Program-made: the position numbers and the translations under genes | Notes under the pieces: model-generated | Told to the model about the DNA's origin: nothing | Seen by the model: the letters and a program-made list of their open reading frames with translations, nothing else | Databases searched by the model: none | Origin: Podarcis erhardii | Taxonomy: Eukaryota | Assembly: GCA_964252035.1 (NCBI GenBank) | Contig: CAXUOO010000130.1 | Length of the DNA stretch: 60,257 nt | Reading direction: 5' to 3' (one strand) | Shown here: piece after piece, positions 38,195-51,219 of the stretch | Numbering within the stretch: position 1 is the first letter of the stretch | Layout: every line of letters starts with the position of its first letter

Positions 38195-41100
38195 TCATTT
38201 CTGCAGCGTAGGTTCCGTGTGACGTAAGTTGTATGAAATTTTTTTGGAAGACTTGCATAGCTCACTCAGGGCTTCACGCGGAATAGCATCAGCCAGCGAC
38301 ATGTGACACAAAGGGCAATACTCAAGCTCCTCCACCTCCGAAGCGAAGAGGGAGTGGTTACATCTGCTGCACATCAAGATCTCAGCGCTGTAATCCAGTG
38401 CAGACATCACACGCAAGTCTACATACCCTCTGCCACCCTTCAAACCCTTCTTTTCTCGTGAATAACTACCGTTAGCAGCGCAACTGAAAATTGATCTCCC
38501 ACTGGCGACGCAGAAACAAAAACATACACCACATGCAGGGCACGCGGCATCCCAAAAGTGTATGGCTTCATGACATTGAAAACATTTAAAACCTGGCAAT
38601 AAATCCATGTCTGGGGGATGACGACTAAATATACTCAGGGCTAACTCTGCGATCGCATCTCTTAGTCGAGGTGGCATGTTGTCCAGCGAGTTTTGAAGTA
38701 GCATAAATGCCCTGGAGCACACTAGCCAATTTTCAGCAAGGTAACTTGCAACCGCAAGGATTGAGTAAATGGTGCAGCCGTCGATAAAATCTGTGTAATA
38801 GCACAGCCGCGTTGCTGTGCAAAGAGCAGAATCGAAACGATTGTTGCTCAAATGCTTATGAAAGATGTTGTACAAATGATACGCTTCAGCGCCTCTCCAC
38901 GTATAGTTCACGAGGGCGTCAGGCTTTACTGCGCTGCGCGAATTTGCCGTCAGTTGTTCCAAAGCATATGACCCGGGTGGATATGTCGTTTTCAAAGTTC
39001 TGTCAGTGTTCTTGAAGGTAGCGCAGAGGCCGTCGCAGTTCTGAGAAGTTCTGGCTGAATCCTTATCGAGCTCTAGCGCAGCAAGCACGTATAACTTCTT
39101 CTTTTGAAGTGAGGTAGTTTTTATGTCAACCATCTCAGTGGCGACATGAAGCAGCACTTTTGCGGCCTCGAGATGGCGACCTGCGCGCTGGTATAGTTGC
39201 ACTGCCTGCAGAAATTTCTTCTGCTTAAGTAGGTGATCGCCAAATGTCGCTAATGACTTGTGAATCCGTGGATTATTTTCATTATTCGCAATGTCTACTG
39301 CTAAGTCCCAGCGGCTCATATAAATGCAGGTGTCGAGTGCAGTTTGCAAATGATTACCGCGGCAATAGGCCATGACAGCCTCTTCGCACAGCCCAACAGA
39401 TGCTAGCATGCGTCCAATTTCAACCAAGAGACTGTCGTCAGACTGCAATTCTTTGGTCAACTGAATCAGTTCCTCAAAATTTTCAGTAACAAAGAGCGCA
39501 TGAGCTAATCTTCCAGATTTATTTATGCAGCGATATGTTTCAATTGCTCGAGTCCAGTTCCCTGAGTCTTTGTAGGCATCTGCAATCTCTTCTAGCAAGT
39601 TCTCGGTATCGCACAGACCTCGATTTCGCAGCTCAACCACATGCGGCCAATCGCCCATGAGGAACCTTAAGGAACTCACAAGGTCGGTTCGCCCCACGGC
39701 TTCGTATACTTGCTCAGCTTCTTCCAAACATCCAAAGTTTGCTAATACTTCCGCTCTCTGTTGTTCAGAGTCAGGCAGGCTTGTAAGCCGCTTCACAAAA
39801 CATATTCCGAAATAGTCCTGACACCTGTCGAAGTCCAAAGATATCAACGATCACGAATCAGTGCTGAAACTCCCGCTATTTCACGCTTCATCAGCGGGCA
39901 TCTACGCTGGTGAATCGGAGAATTGAGTGATAAAGTATGAATTCTGCAAGGCCGTTGCAACAGCCGATGCTCACGTACCAGCGTCACAAGCGCCACGCTA
40001 TGAAGACACCATTCAACAAAAGCACAAGTGTATCTTTCAAAATACCTTGTCTACGAATCCTCCGTCGCCAGTATGATAAACGCTGGGCCTTATATAACTT
40101 ACTTGATAAATGCTTTTCTGGCTGTTGTAAAGTCGAGAGCTCTTAACGCAGCCTTTGCAACAACTTGCCAAAGTACTTTGTGCGGTTTCTGCGCGACGAA
40201 GGAAAACGCTTCTCTGAGGTTTTCAAGATTCGTCAAAATACTTTTTGTATCTCGGAGAGATTTGGTCTCCAGTCGATAAATGCAGGCTTCGTCGGGTGTC
40301 GAAGAAGAAGATATATTTTGTCAACGTAAACACCCCTCATTTGTAAGTTTGCGAACTCGACAATACGAGCTGAACACTCTAACCTCTCTTCTAAAGATCC
40401 GTCTTTCACTACGTACAGCAATCCTTTTTCCATCATTACGAATGCATCAGCGTCATCGCATGCCCACAGTAAAGCCCATATATTATCCCGTTCGAAGGGC
40501 AAACGACTTCCGAAACGGGTCTCCTCTCCTGGACGAGAGGAATAGATATTGAATAATTAATTGTTAGATTAAGAGAGCGCAGCTATTCTCATCCCGGGCA
40601 GCGAATATTCACAATTACCAAAGCGTCTCCGGGACCCATGGTTAATAAATAGAGTCAAGGAGCTCCCTCATGAGAACAAGGAATGTCATGCCAGCCTTTC
40701 CGATATGAAAAGGCTTACGACTATAATTACAAATGAAGCATACTTACGGAAGTGAGCGTAGCACAGACGTTGTTCTTCAATCACTAATAACTTGCCATGT
40801 GACGTTTGTGTTTGCCTATTGCATCCGTCTTTGTCCCCACCAAGACTGCTGCACAGCTACCTGTAAATCCCAACCAAAGAACTATCTCGAATCTCTTTAG
40901 TGCCGAATATAATTTTTGACGAAAGTCATTTTACCTGCCTCCGACGTTGCTATCTGGTTGTTCGATCGTTGCTCCGCTTCTGAGGTGGCGGTGGGTTGTC
41001 GTCTAGGACTCCTGTGGAGAGGATATATACTTAGGTGGTTCAGAGTATCTATGACGGCTAGGCAGCGGCCAGTACAGTTAAACTGCAGCAAGAGAGGAAC

Positions 41101-43640
41101 CGTATTAGTTTCAAATGAGTCTTCAAGTTGGAGCGTCTGTAAAGAGTAGAGGCGCATTTCCCCGTTTTTCCTCCCGACGACGACATTATCCTCGCTGGCT
41201 GTCAATGCTACAATTTGATTATCGACATTATAATGTTTTGGATCAGGTTCGTCATCCGTATCACGCGAGGTGTTCGGTGACTCGCTGTAGAGGTCTATTA
41301 TCCACTCCGTGAACTTGCAGTCTTGAACATCAACTTGTTGTCTAGTTGCAGAGGAAGACAGCGGCAGAACTGAGCTCACGCTGGATGCAATTGAGGAACG
41401 CAAATTCACCGAAGCATTATCCAAACATTTCTCCTTTCCTCGCTCAGAGAGTCGGGCACTGTATTGCCAAACGAATATCTTCTGAGCGCCGGCTACAACA
41501 ACATGAGAGTTTGTGATCGACGCCAAGCTACACATTAAATTTGTTTGTATTGTCTTGATGACATTCCCCACGGCATCGAAGATGCTCAAAAGATAGGCAC
41601 AGTTGCGTAAATCGTTCCCACTTTCGAACGCATCAACATTAGTAATAACAACGCAGCAATTTTTCGCCGCTTTCACATGTAGCGGTCTTCTGCTAAGCAC
41701 CCGCAAATGCCTGGTGTTCAAGTCCATATTCCAAAACCAAAGAAGATGCTTGCACTTTTCTGTCTGAAGGCTGCTATAGACCAAGGTGCGAGCGAAGTAC
41801 GCCATTATGGTTGGACACCGAGTGCACGCAAAGAGCAAAGATTTGCCGGATGCTACAACAAGTTTGTTTCCTGCCAGATTCCAGCTGAACGCTTGCATTT
41901 GCATACCGCATGGAAGAGCGAGCGTGTACAAATGTACTCCCCTTGAGCTGTAGAGTCGAATTAGAAAGCACGATTTCGCATGGCTGTTTTTAGGGCCTAG
42001 TGGATGGTATATGGAGCTTTTTCCGGCAACTGCTATAATTCCGCCCGTAGGGCGCCACGCTATGGACAGACAGTGACTGAGGCAAGCGTCGAAAGAAAGC
42101 GGCTTGTCGTCAGCTTCATCAACGAAGAGCTGCACCCATCCAGTCTGATATGCAATAGCGAGCGGACGCTCTGCATCGAACTTTTCTCTACAACGAGGAA
42201 ACCAATCGATTCCTGCGAAAGCACAGCTGACAAAAAAACAGCAAAAGTGAGTTGACCGCGTTGCTGTTGGCAATATCGATAGAGTGTTTCTCTGCTTCTG
42301 AAAAGCACCGGTAGTTGAATCTGCCCTTTACCCACATGTTAGTGAACATGTCAGATGACCACTGGAGGAGCTTCTGCAACAGCCGCTACACATGTCTGGA
42401 TTTCTAAATAGCCCTCAACTTATTTCGTCAATTTAAATTTGAAGCTAAATACTCTCAAACATGGTCTTGAGGAAATCTCTAGTGGAGCTTTGAAGGACAC
42501 TATAACAGAGCAGTGTGAAAAGTTCCATCTACGTCTTTGTATATGCACGCACACACCTGTCGAAGGAATAAAAGCCTTGGTAGCTGTACTATGAGACTGC
42601 TTTGGCCCTTCCAGCTGTGAAGGCAAGGAGTGGCTGTAGATTCCGTCGCCATCATAAAAAAGTATCTCTCCTCCTTCAGAACACAAAAGCAAAGCCGTAC
42701 CAGTTGGTGACCACACAACTCTACTCATATGCCGCTTTACTTGTTTGTGCCAAAGTGTCTGACCGTCCGATGTGGCCATCGTCAGGCTGCAATCTGAGTG
42801 TACCAAACAAATTCTCTGTCCATCGGGCGACCATGCGGCAGTTTCCACTGGTTTACACAAGTAGGAAGTGACTTTATAGTCAAACGAGCAAAGTGATTCT
42901 CGTTTCCAGAACAGGATGTGTCCCGCTGCGTTCACTGCGCACACCTGTGCTTTAGATGGACTCCAGCGCACTAGAGTGATATGGCTCTGTTGATAGACAG
43001 ACATACAGGCAACTCTCAACCATCTCGAAAAATATTTCACGCGTGGAATTTGTTACGCGGAACGAAGCAGTCTTATAGTGCTCGTCACGCTACCGGCTTC
43101 CCAAGAAGACATTGAACATTTCGTTTATTACATTAAGTTGACAAATACTGCTCTCTTCCAATGTTTGACAGATAGGGGAAGTAGAAGTTTTGCAGTTGTG
43201 GTGCCGGTGTAGATGAGCACTTGGGACATTCAGAGATACCAATTTAACCTGTTGCAACGAAATGTGGAGCTACTGCCTATATTAACCGAGTAATTACATA
43301 TTGACAATGAATTTTTGGACTGGCTAGAACTTTCCTGATGTAATTTATTCTTTTGCAACGGTACAGCATGTATAAATGAAAACCTAACTCGAAATCAACT
43401 CCTTACACTAGGATAAAGATCTTTTTCTTTAGATGTAAGAGTCTTCAAGCAATTTTCCTCAATAAGATCTTCTGTTGATACGGATGCATTTTCTTCCGTA
43501 AACATAGATGTTGTGTCCAGCACGTTGACGGATCCATTGACACCTCCAAATACTAAAAGCCCCTGGTTCTGCGTCCAGCTGAGGCATGATATCTCGACGT
43601 TGCAAGTCGGTGTCAATTTCTTAGCGAAAAAGGCGTACAT
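38195..43640 (-). CDS. WDR35: WD repeat-containing protein 35 / intraflagellar transport protein IFT121 (IFT-A), ~1370 aa; 1-nt frameshift in exon 5 as assembled
   Basis: The N-terminus MYAFFAKKLTPTCNVEISCLSWTQNQGLLVFGGVNGSVNVL matches the WDR35 start. Other matches: WSPDGQRICLVH, IVALTASEDNVVVGRKNG, ERDNIWALLWACDDADAFVMMEK, SLRDTK..PHKVLWQVVAKAAL, CQDYFGICFVKRL, QKKKLYVLAALE, WRGAEAYHLY and C-terminal Cys zinc ribbons ending YCPLCH. Exons: 43407-43640, 43132-43248 (less certain), 42557-42986, 40935-42212, 40103-40528, 38195-39824. Confidence 0.95.
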
Positions 43641-44638
43641 TGCGAATATTTAAGCTTTCCATTCATTTTCTAAAGCCGTGGGCGGTTTACAACGGCATCA
43701 GGTATAACTAGAAACATACTATATAATATAATCAATTGCGTAGAAAGTGCTACCTAGTTGAAATGATGTTATCATCTACAAGCTCGATTAGGCTCTGCCA
43801 CTTTTTTATGATTAGATTTTCCTTCAAGGAAATAAGTATGCGCAGGCTTTCAGTTCGCCCCGTTGACAGATGAAACAATTGATAGGAAAATGGCAAGTGG
43901 CGGAATAGCGCTGAGAATCTCAGTCACAGGTAAGATACCACGGTTCATGTTCTCGCGCAGATAGCTGGTATTTTCCAGTGTGACTTGACCATTACAAACA
44001 TGTTTCTTGCAAGATTCGTCACCGGTGCACGACATCAACTCATCTGATTCAATGTAAAATATGCTATCGCAAATAATGCTCTCAATAAGTGTGTATATAC
44101 TGGCCTAAAACTACAAACACCCTAGACTCCTACCTTTAGAGCGTTAACTCTTACATTTAAAAAAATTGGGCATTAAAAAAATCAAGTTTGCGTCTGTTGT
44201 GGGGCGGCGTCGAGTATTCTTGACTCCTGCATTTGGAACTGAAACTCGCAGTGGAAAAAGTATCTCACGCGAAGAGACATCTGTCTTGTATATATTCGAT
44301 GAAACGTGATGTACTGAGTAGTAAGACGTCTTCATAGCAACAACTTCTCTTCAGCCCTTTCAAGCGTAGCCCATTTCCAGTGAATGTATGGCATTATATG
44401 CGTACATGTGAGCGCGTCAAGAAAGAGAATAGATAAAATAAATTGCACCGAATAAGCTTCGGCTTGATTTGTTGGTATATATTTCAAAATGTATGTGTTT
44501 TTAGTTCAGCTTCAGCAAGCTTCGCCCCCGCTCCTTCGACAGAGTGCCTTCAGTGCACAGATGGCTAAAGACTTTTATTGAACTACATGTTGTACAAAAG
44601 CAATAGCGCAGGCATGTACCGTATGGTGTGAAAGGAGG
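43641..44638. promoter_or_regulatory. Putative bidirectional promoter region between WDR35 and the TPH/CFAP210-like gene
   Basis: This 998-bp interval separates the divergent ATGs of two flagellar genes. I identified no specific motif; the call rests on gene geometry only. Confidence 0.45.
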
Positions 44639-45870
44639 ATGACGTCACGAAGCTCTGAAGAAGTCTTTAGAAAGTCTCCTGTCTCTTCCTTGCAGAGTCC
44701 TTGCCTAGCCCCTGAAAGTTTTCGTTTGATAGCAAGGCAGAGGCTTGAAGAGATTGTGACGCAGAGTGATATAAGCCATATACGTCAATTAGTAGAAGAT
44801 GATCATCTTAAGCAGAGTAGTAAGCACAATGATGCAGCAGCATGCACGGCAACTGTTGGTGAGTATACTCATAAATGTGACAGTATCACGGATACAGAGA
44901 ATACCGATGCGCTCAATGAGTTCAGTTCGGGTTTGAGAAAGACGGAGCAGTCAAGCGTGGCTGATCGAATCGCCGAGAAGGTAAAACGCCTAGCCGACGA
45001 TGAGGCAGCAGGGATGAAGATGGATCAGCTGGCGGCGATTGCCACAGAGGGGAATCGGCAGACACTTATCGCACGCGCTGAGCGTGTACTAGGGATGGAC
45101 ACAGAAAGACACAGGGCTCTCATAGGAGGACTTATGAGGAGTGACTGGTTAGGCGCATTGAATGAACAAAGAAAATGGAAAGAGCGCCTCCAAGAGCTAA
45201 GTCAAGCGAGAGAGGAAAATTATAAAAAATTTGCGGCTGAAAAAGAGAGAATTTTGACTGAAAAGGAGGAAGATAATAAGCGGAGCCGCCAGGACAAAGA
45301 GCAGGAATTGAAAGAGTGCCGGTTGTCTCAACTACGCGAGAAGGAAAGAAAAGAGACAGCGGAGAGAGCCGCAATCGCTGTAGAAGCAGAACAGCGGAGA
45401 AAAATACTTGAAGGAGAAATATGGAAGACCAGAGTAGAAGAAGATCGAAGACGCACACAAGTACCGCAAAAATTGATACTTGGTGTTTTGTACTTGTTAA
45501 AAAAAGTATGCTTTTCTTCTGATCAAATGCAGCTCCGTATATTTCTGAAGTCTCATACGGAAAAAAGGTTCAGCTATCGAGTGCCTGTTTTTTCTCATGT
45601 TGCCTGATCATGATTTGCGATTGGTATTGCAAGCGATATGGTATAGTTTGTGGGCAATTTCAAATGAGCAAGAAATTCATTGTGAAAGCCTAACGTGCTC
45701 AAAAAAATTAACGTATAGAAACATGAATCGATGGGTTACTACTGCGGCTTGCCCAAAAATGTTCGGAGAGCGCAGACTCACGCTATACGTTGAGTGTTCG
45801 CACAAGAAAGCATGAGAAGGAATATGGTTCTGGTAGGATTTACGAATACATATACGGATATATGTGTGTG

Positions 45871-45908
<38 letters not shown>

Positions 45909-47472
45909 CATATATATGTAGTTAAGTGCATATACAGACATCTATATATCTCGAAGATGAGCTTGTGATTTTGTGGAGAATACATGGCTAAAATGTCGAA
46001 AAAGTTTGTAATTACGCAGGAAGAAAACTACGCACACGATACTACAGATTGAGCTACGAGAAGAGTGGTGATGTTTCGCTGACTTTTAGAGACAAGATGC
46101 TTTGCTCGAATCAAGAAAATGCTATGCTAAAGCCATAGAGAGAAGAAACACACAAAGCGAGGCATTAAACGAAGAGGAAGACGCTCAGTTGTTGCTTCTC
46201 GAAGAGAAGAAGGAAAAATTGAAGTTCGTAGAGGCTCAAACTAGAGAAGAGAGGCGGAAGCGAGTCGAGGCGTGTTCTGCACTGTCAAACCCCCAGTCCA
46301 CAGATGAAGCTGCTAATCAGGTCTCTCAAATGCAGATATTCTTTACGCGTTTTTATTCTCGCCAATCAGTGAGAGCGCCATTATATGCATCTTGTGAGCT
46401 GTTAGCTCAATCCATGATTCAAAGAAAACTGTTGTCCAGGTTTTTCACACTGCAAATTCTGATGCGTAATCAGTATCGCCAACCAGTGACACCGCCAATT
46501 CGGGCAATTCGGGAGCATTTGATACAGATGCGTGATTTGAATGATGTTGTTATTCAGATTTTCAAAGTGCAAACTATCAGTATCTCCAACACGTGAAAAA
46601 ATTGAAATCACGGGGCAATTTGGGTGCAGTTGATTCAGACTTTTGCTCTGCACGCGGTAGCTTTATCACGCTGTTCCATAGAACTGCAACTATTTTGAAA
46701 CCTGCGAATTCAAGTTATACTTTCTCTCCTCCAGTGGGATACGTGTATAGAGATGATGCACCTTGCTCATGGGACACCTGAGGAAATGCAAATTTCCCAG
46801 AACACTTGAACATCGCCGCTAACCTCTTCGTCTTGATCATACACTACAGCGTTAGAATCAAAAACCTAGATTGTTTTTAGTGCGTAGTGGGGATAATATT
46901 TGTGCTTTTCCCAGGAGGCGAAAATAATGAAGGAGGCTGAAAGTCTCGAAAAGAAATCAGCAGCTCGAGAAGAGGCACTCCGACAAGAGAAATTAAGACA
47001 ATGGCGTATTACAGCCTTAGAATGCCTGCGTCATAAGCAGCTAAAAGAGGAAATTACTGTTGCAAAAAAACGCGAAGATGCAGAGTTTGCGAGACAAACG
47101 TCCGAAGCTTGCAACCGATCGTTTACGGTAGAACGCGAGCGCCTCGACACGTTACGCAAAAATCAGCGGGAACTTATGCTGACTCAGCGCTTGCAGATGG
47201 AGAAGAAGACGGCACAGAGGAGAAGAGAAAGAGAGGAAGAAAAGCGCGAGCATAACATGAAGTGGGAAACAATCAAAAAAGAGGACGAGACTATCAACGT
47301 CTTTGCGCAAAAATGCATTGAAAACGCTGTGAAAAATGGAAATGCACCCGAACCCATTGTAGCATCCATGAACAAATGCTTAAGAATCTCCGGGAAGTTG
47401 CTAGTTTGCCCTGATTCAGTTGAAGAAAATAGCCTTTGCGAGGATGTAAACAGCAGTTACGAAGAACAGTGA
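44639..47472 (+). CDS. Trichohyalin-plectin-homology (TPH) coiled-coil cilia/flagella-associated protein, CFAP210/CCDC173-like, ~536 aa
   Basis: Three phase-0 exons (44639-45460, 46090-46320, 46915-47472) give 1611 nt. The product is a long E/K/R-rich coiled coil. The segments IARAERVLGMDTERHRALIGGLMRSDWLGALNEQRKWK and EDETINVFAQKCIENAVKNGNAPEPIVASM resemble the CFAP210 N- and C-terminal motifs as I recall them. The family call (CFAP45/53/210) is firmer than the specific ortholog. Confidence 0.65.
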
Positions 47473-48971
47473 AAGTCTAAGAAAGCAAGTCAATATTTTT
47501 TGTCGAAACCAATTTTGTTTCACGCTTACGATCATTCGTTAATTATCACATAGAATTTAAGGACGTACTTCACACAAAAATCTAGAAAGCATGTCTTTGG
47601 AAACAATAGCACATGCATGAAACCCATACTTAAAATTGACTTAAGACTGGTCAAGAAATCACAAGCTTGATTTTTCATCCGCATGTACAGATTGAAGAAG
47701 ACCACCTAGACTAAGACTATAATCTAGCGTCTCATACAACTGCTAAATGTGAGATCGAAAGTGCATTATCCTGCTTTTGTCCGTAATAAGTATCAAAGAA
47801 CTACATGCTACTACAAACGAACGAACGGTCACCATGAACATACAGGCATTTGCTCTATTGAGTTAAAGCAGACATGGCACGAAGAGGATTGGAGAAGTTT
47901 TGAGTCAAGGCGTCAGCAACATAGCGTTTCATTGCGGTCTGGAAAACTGGAAAATAGGCTGCAAAGGCTAGTATAGCAAATCAACTTTTCCATAAATGAC
48001 GGCTATGTGTAAGAACACAAAAAAAATCTTGGTGCAAGATGTGCGATTTCTCGGGTGTCGGAATAAAGTCGGCTCGCAATAGCATTTCAACATTAAAATA
48101 TATATGACGTCATCTTAGAAGGACGAAAAAAGATACGAAAGAGAACGACCAGATGCAGCGCAAGATAAGCACGGAGAATTCTCTGTGCAGTACGCGGAAA
48201 AGTACATTTTGTAATAAATCAATTCATGCATCGGTCGAGTTTGATCAAAATATTGATTGAATGCATCTACTTACGTTTTTTTACATCTTCGAATGCGCTG
48301 CTTGAGCGCGGCCGATAAAGAATATGGCATTCGGTTGTGCCGTATTGTATTCTATATCATCCACCTGCTCACAAGCCTTGCGAATTTTTCAAAAATTCTC
48401 TATTGTGAACGTCATAGCTAGTGAGACAACCAAATCCAGCTGAAACGGGCTTCAAAAACTTCGAAGAGTTGTAGATAGACCCATTAGCACAGTATGTTGT
48501 ACTTTTTGCGTACTAAGCCGTTTATGCCAAATTCGCTGTTCCTTTATTCAATGGATGGTATTCATCAGGCAATTGAAAACAGCGCTTAGCTCATTCCCAG
48601 CTTTTTCAGCAACTGCGCATGGTATCGCACGCTTTATTGGTATTTGCATGTTTTTCTTCTATAAGCAGACATCAACGCTTCCCAATTGTTTGAACTTCAT
48701 CAGCAAAGAGATACATCATCCGCTGCGTTGAATTCGTGAGACATTATAGGTCCAGATAAACCCTACAGTCACTTCGCACCAACCTGCGTGTCAGCGGTCT
48801 GGTCACTCAACCAGTAAAGTTTCGTGAAATGGTCGCTGTCTTGAACGCACCACTTCGCATACTTATCGTCATATGTGATCATGATAGACCCCGGTTGAAT
48901 ATTGCTTTTGAAAAAATAGAGGTGGTCGGTCACCTTTTTCCACCTATCTGCGTATCTATGTCGCACACAGC

Positions 48972-51170
48972 TCATTGTATTTGTGATTGTGGCTTCATCT
49001 GCGAAAGAGAATGAACAAAAGCTACAGCAGCAGAAGAGAGAATTAGATGCTTGCTGTATGGCTGTCCTAGTTTTTCGGCTGCTGCATCTGCAGCAGAGGA
49101 CCTCAAATTTCGTGGGGTATATGCCTGCACCCCAGGTGCCGTTGAGGGGGTCTGGTTGCCGGCTATTTTCTCCCAGAGAGACGTCAGGAAGGATGTTGTA
49201 CTATAAAACTGTTTGAGTACGTTAGCGTAAACGTCAGGATGTGTCCGCGCAAGGTCGCAGTGGGCGCCGGTAGAAAAGACGTAGATCCAGCTTGAAAGCA
49301 TCACATCATCCACATATCGCACCAACAGGGGAATTGACCGGTGTTCACAGACTATACTTCTCAAAGGTTAGGCATAAAACATTGAAAAAACATTGATTTG
49401 ACCGGTATCAGGCCCAAGAGGATGGACATTAATGCTCAAGTTAATTGGTAGGTGCAATGTCGTGAAATGCGGATTAATACAGACGTACAGTAGTGGTGGA
49501 TACAAGAGTCAGCAACCAGTTGGCGAAACTACACCAAAGTAAGCTTCTGACATTTTCTTTACCTGTCAATCATTTTTCTCCGGTAGGTGCAGACAGCTGA
49601 TTGTTGTTGGCTTTTGAGGCCCGAAAAGTGTAAGACGCACACATATACATGTGTGTTTGCATACATTTGTATACATATAGATATATACACTCATACCCAT
49701 ATGCACTCACATACACATGAACATATGAATGTGAAATGGAATTTCACGTAAAGTATGGGCGAACAAGGCTAGCTGAACCATGCCCAAATCAGGAATATGC
49801 TGCCTACTCTGGTCGATCTGATTCCGGCAACTGCAACATCTCGTATCGCAGGGTGGACCAGGGCGTGAGCTTGTCCGCTTTACTGGCAAATACAAGCATT
49901 TTGAAAGGCTTCTCTGCACGAAGAAGGTTGCTTGCTCGCAAACGACGGAGCTGATATCCTAGCCTAAAAGCGGAAAATATGTAGAAAGGAGTCGCGCGCG
50001 AATACACAAACTGTACAAGCACCAAAATGAATCCTTTATTAGAGAAATTCTGCATGTGAGTGAACACGTGGAGTTCTGTGCTGCTCACGCTAGAAATCTT
50101 CAAAAGAGCTGCAGTTGAAATTCCCCTATTCCGGGATTCTTCTATTTTCTTCAACTCACCATAGCGAGTCGCTGTTTCGAGCGGATCCCGCTAAATTGGC
50201 AAGAGCTGAGCAACTTGTTCCTGCGTCTGATCCATACCGTGTGAATCAAGCCGTGACAAGTTTTTGCCTTCTATTCCCGGTAGGAAACATATATCGATAA
50301 GAAAAACTACTAGAGTCTTAAGTGTGCATTCTAGCTTCTAGATACTTGAACAACACACGATATACAATATCAAAATCTTACCGTCGTCGTACAACCCACA
50401 TCAGAGCGGCGTGCAACCAAGCGGAAGTCTGCGCAAGGCAAGTAGCCAAGGGTTGCTTCATCAAAGCGTCAGAGGCACTGCATACCGGAGATTCGAGAAC
50501 TACACGGTCAAATGCAATTCCCCACTGTCTCTCCAATCTGCTGCGATAGTCCTTCAACTGTAGCCATCAAGTACAAAGCATTTCAGACGAACCATCAGTA
50601 TTTGATTTCTTGTGTGTACAAGTGGAAAGAGCTCCTATGATGCTTATACAGTCAAATATGTGCAGCTGAAAATAATGCTGCTAGAAAGCACTAAGGGGTA
50701 GTTAAGAATCACACCATCCTGCCATAGTAATCGAACAAAAGATATGATTCTTTTAGACAAAGATAGACACCGCACCGAGAGATTTACCGCGGGAGTAAGC
50801 GCTGATTTACATCAACTAGTATTCAGTGGTGAACATAACATTAGTACTAGTACGTTGCATAAGAAATGAGATATATATCAGGCTCTATGCCATCTTAGCA
50901 ACTGGTCACAGAGTAATTGTTTCACTACTCAAGGTTTTTCAATCGTTCACTGTCCTCCAGTCAACTAACCAACTCTCAGCACAAAACTAGGTGAGAGATA
51001 CAGTTCTTTGTTTTTCAACCTAGCATTCTCTCTTTATCGACCTCCGTCTGCGTATATGGCTGCGTCACTGCTACCTAGCTCTTTAGCTTGACTTGAAGAG
51101 TTCAAGGTTCACAGCCAAAAGCGTTTTTTCATTTAATACATGAACACAGAAGTTTTTATATGTATACATA

Positions 51171-51219
<49 letters not shown>

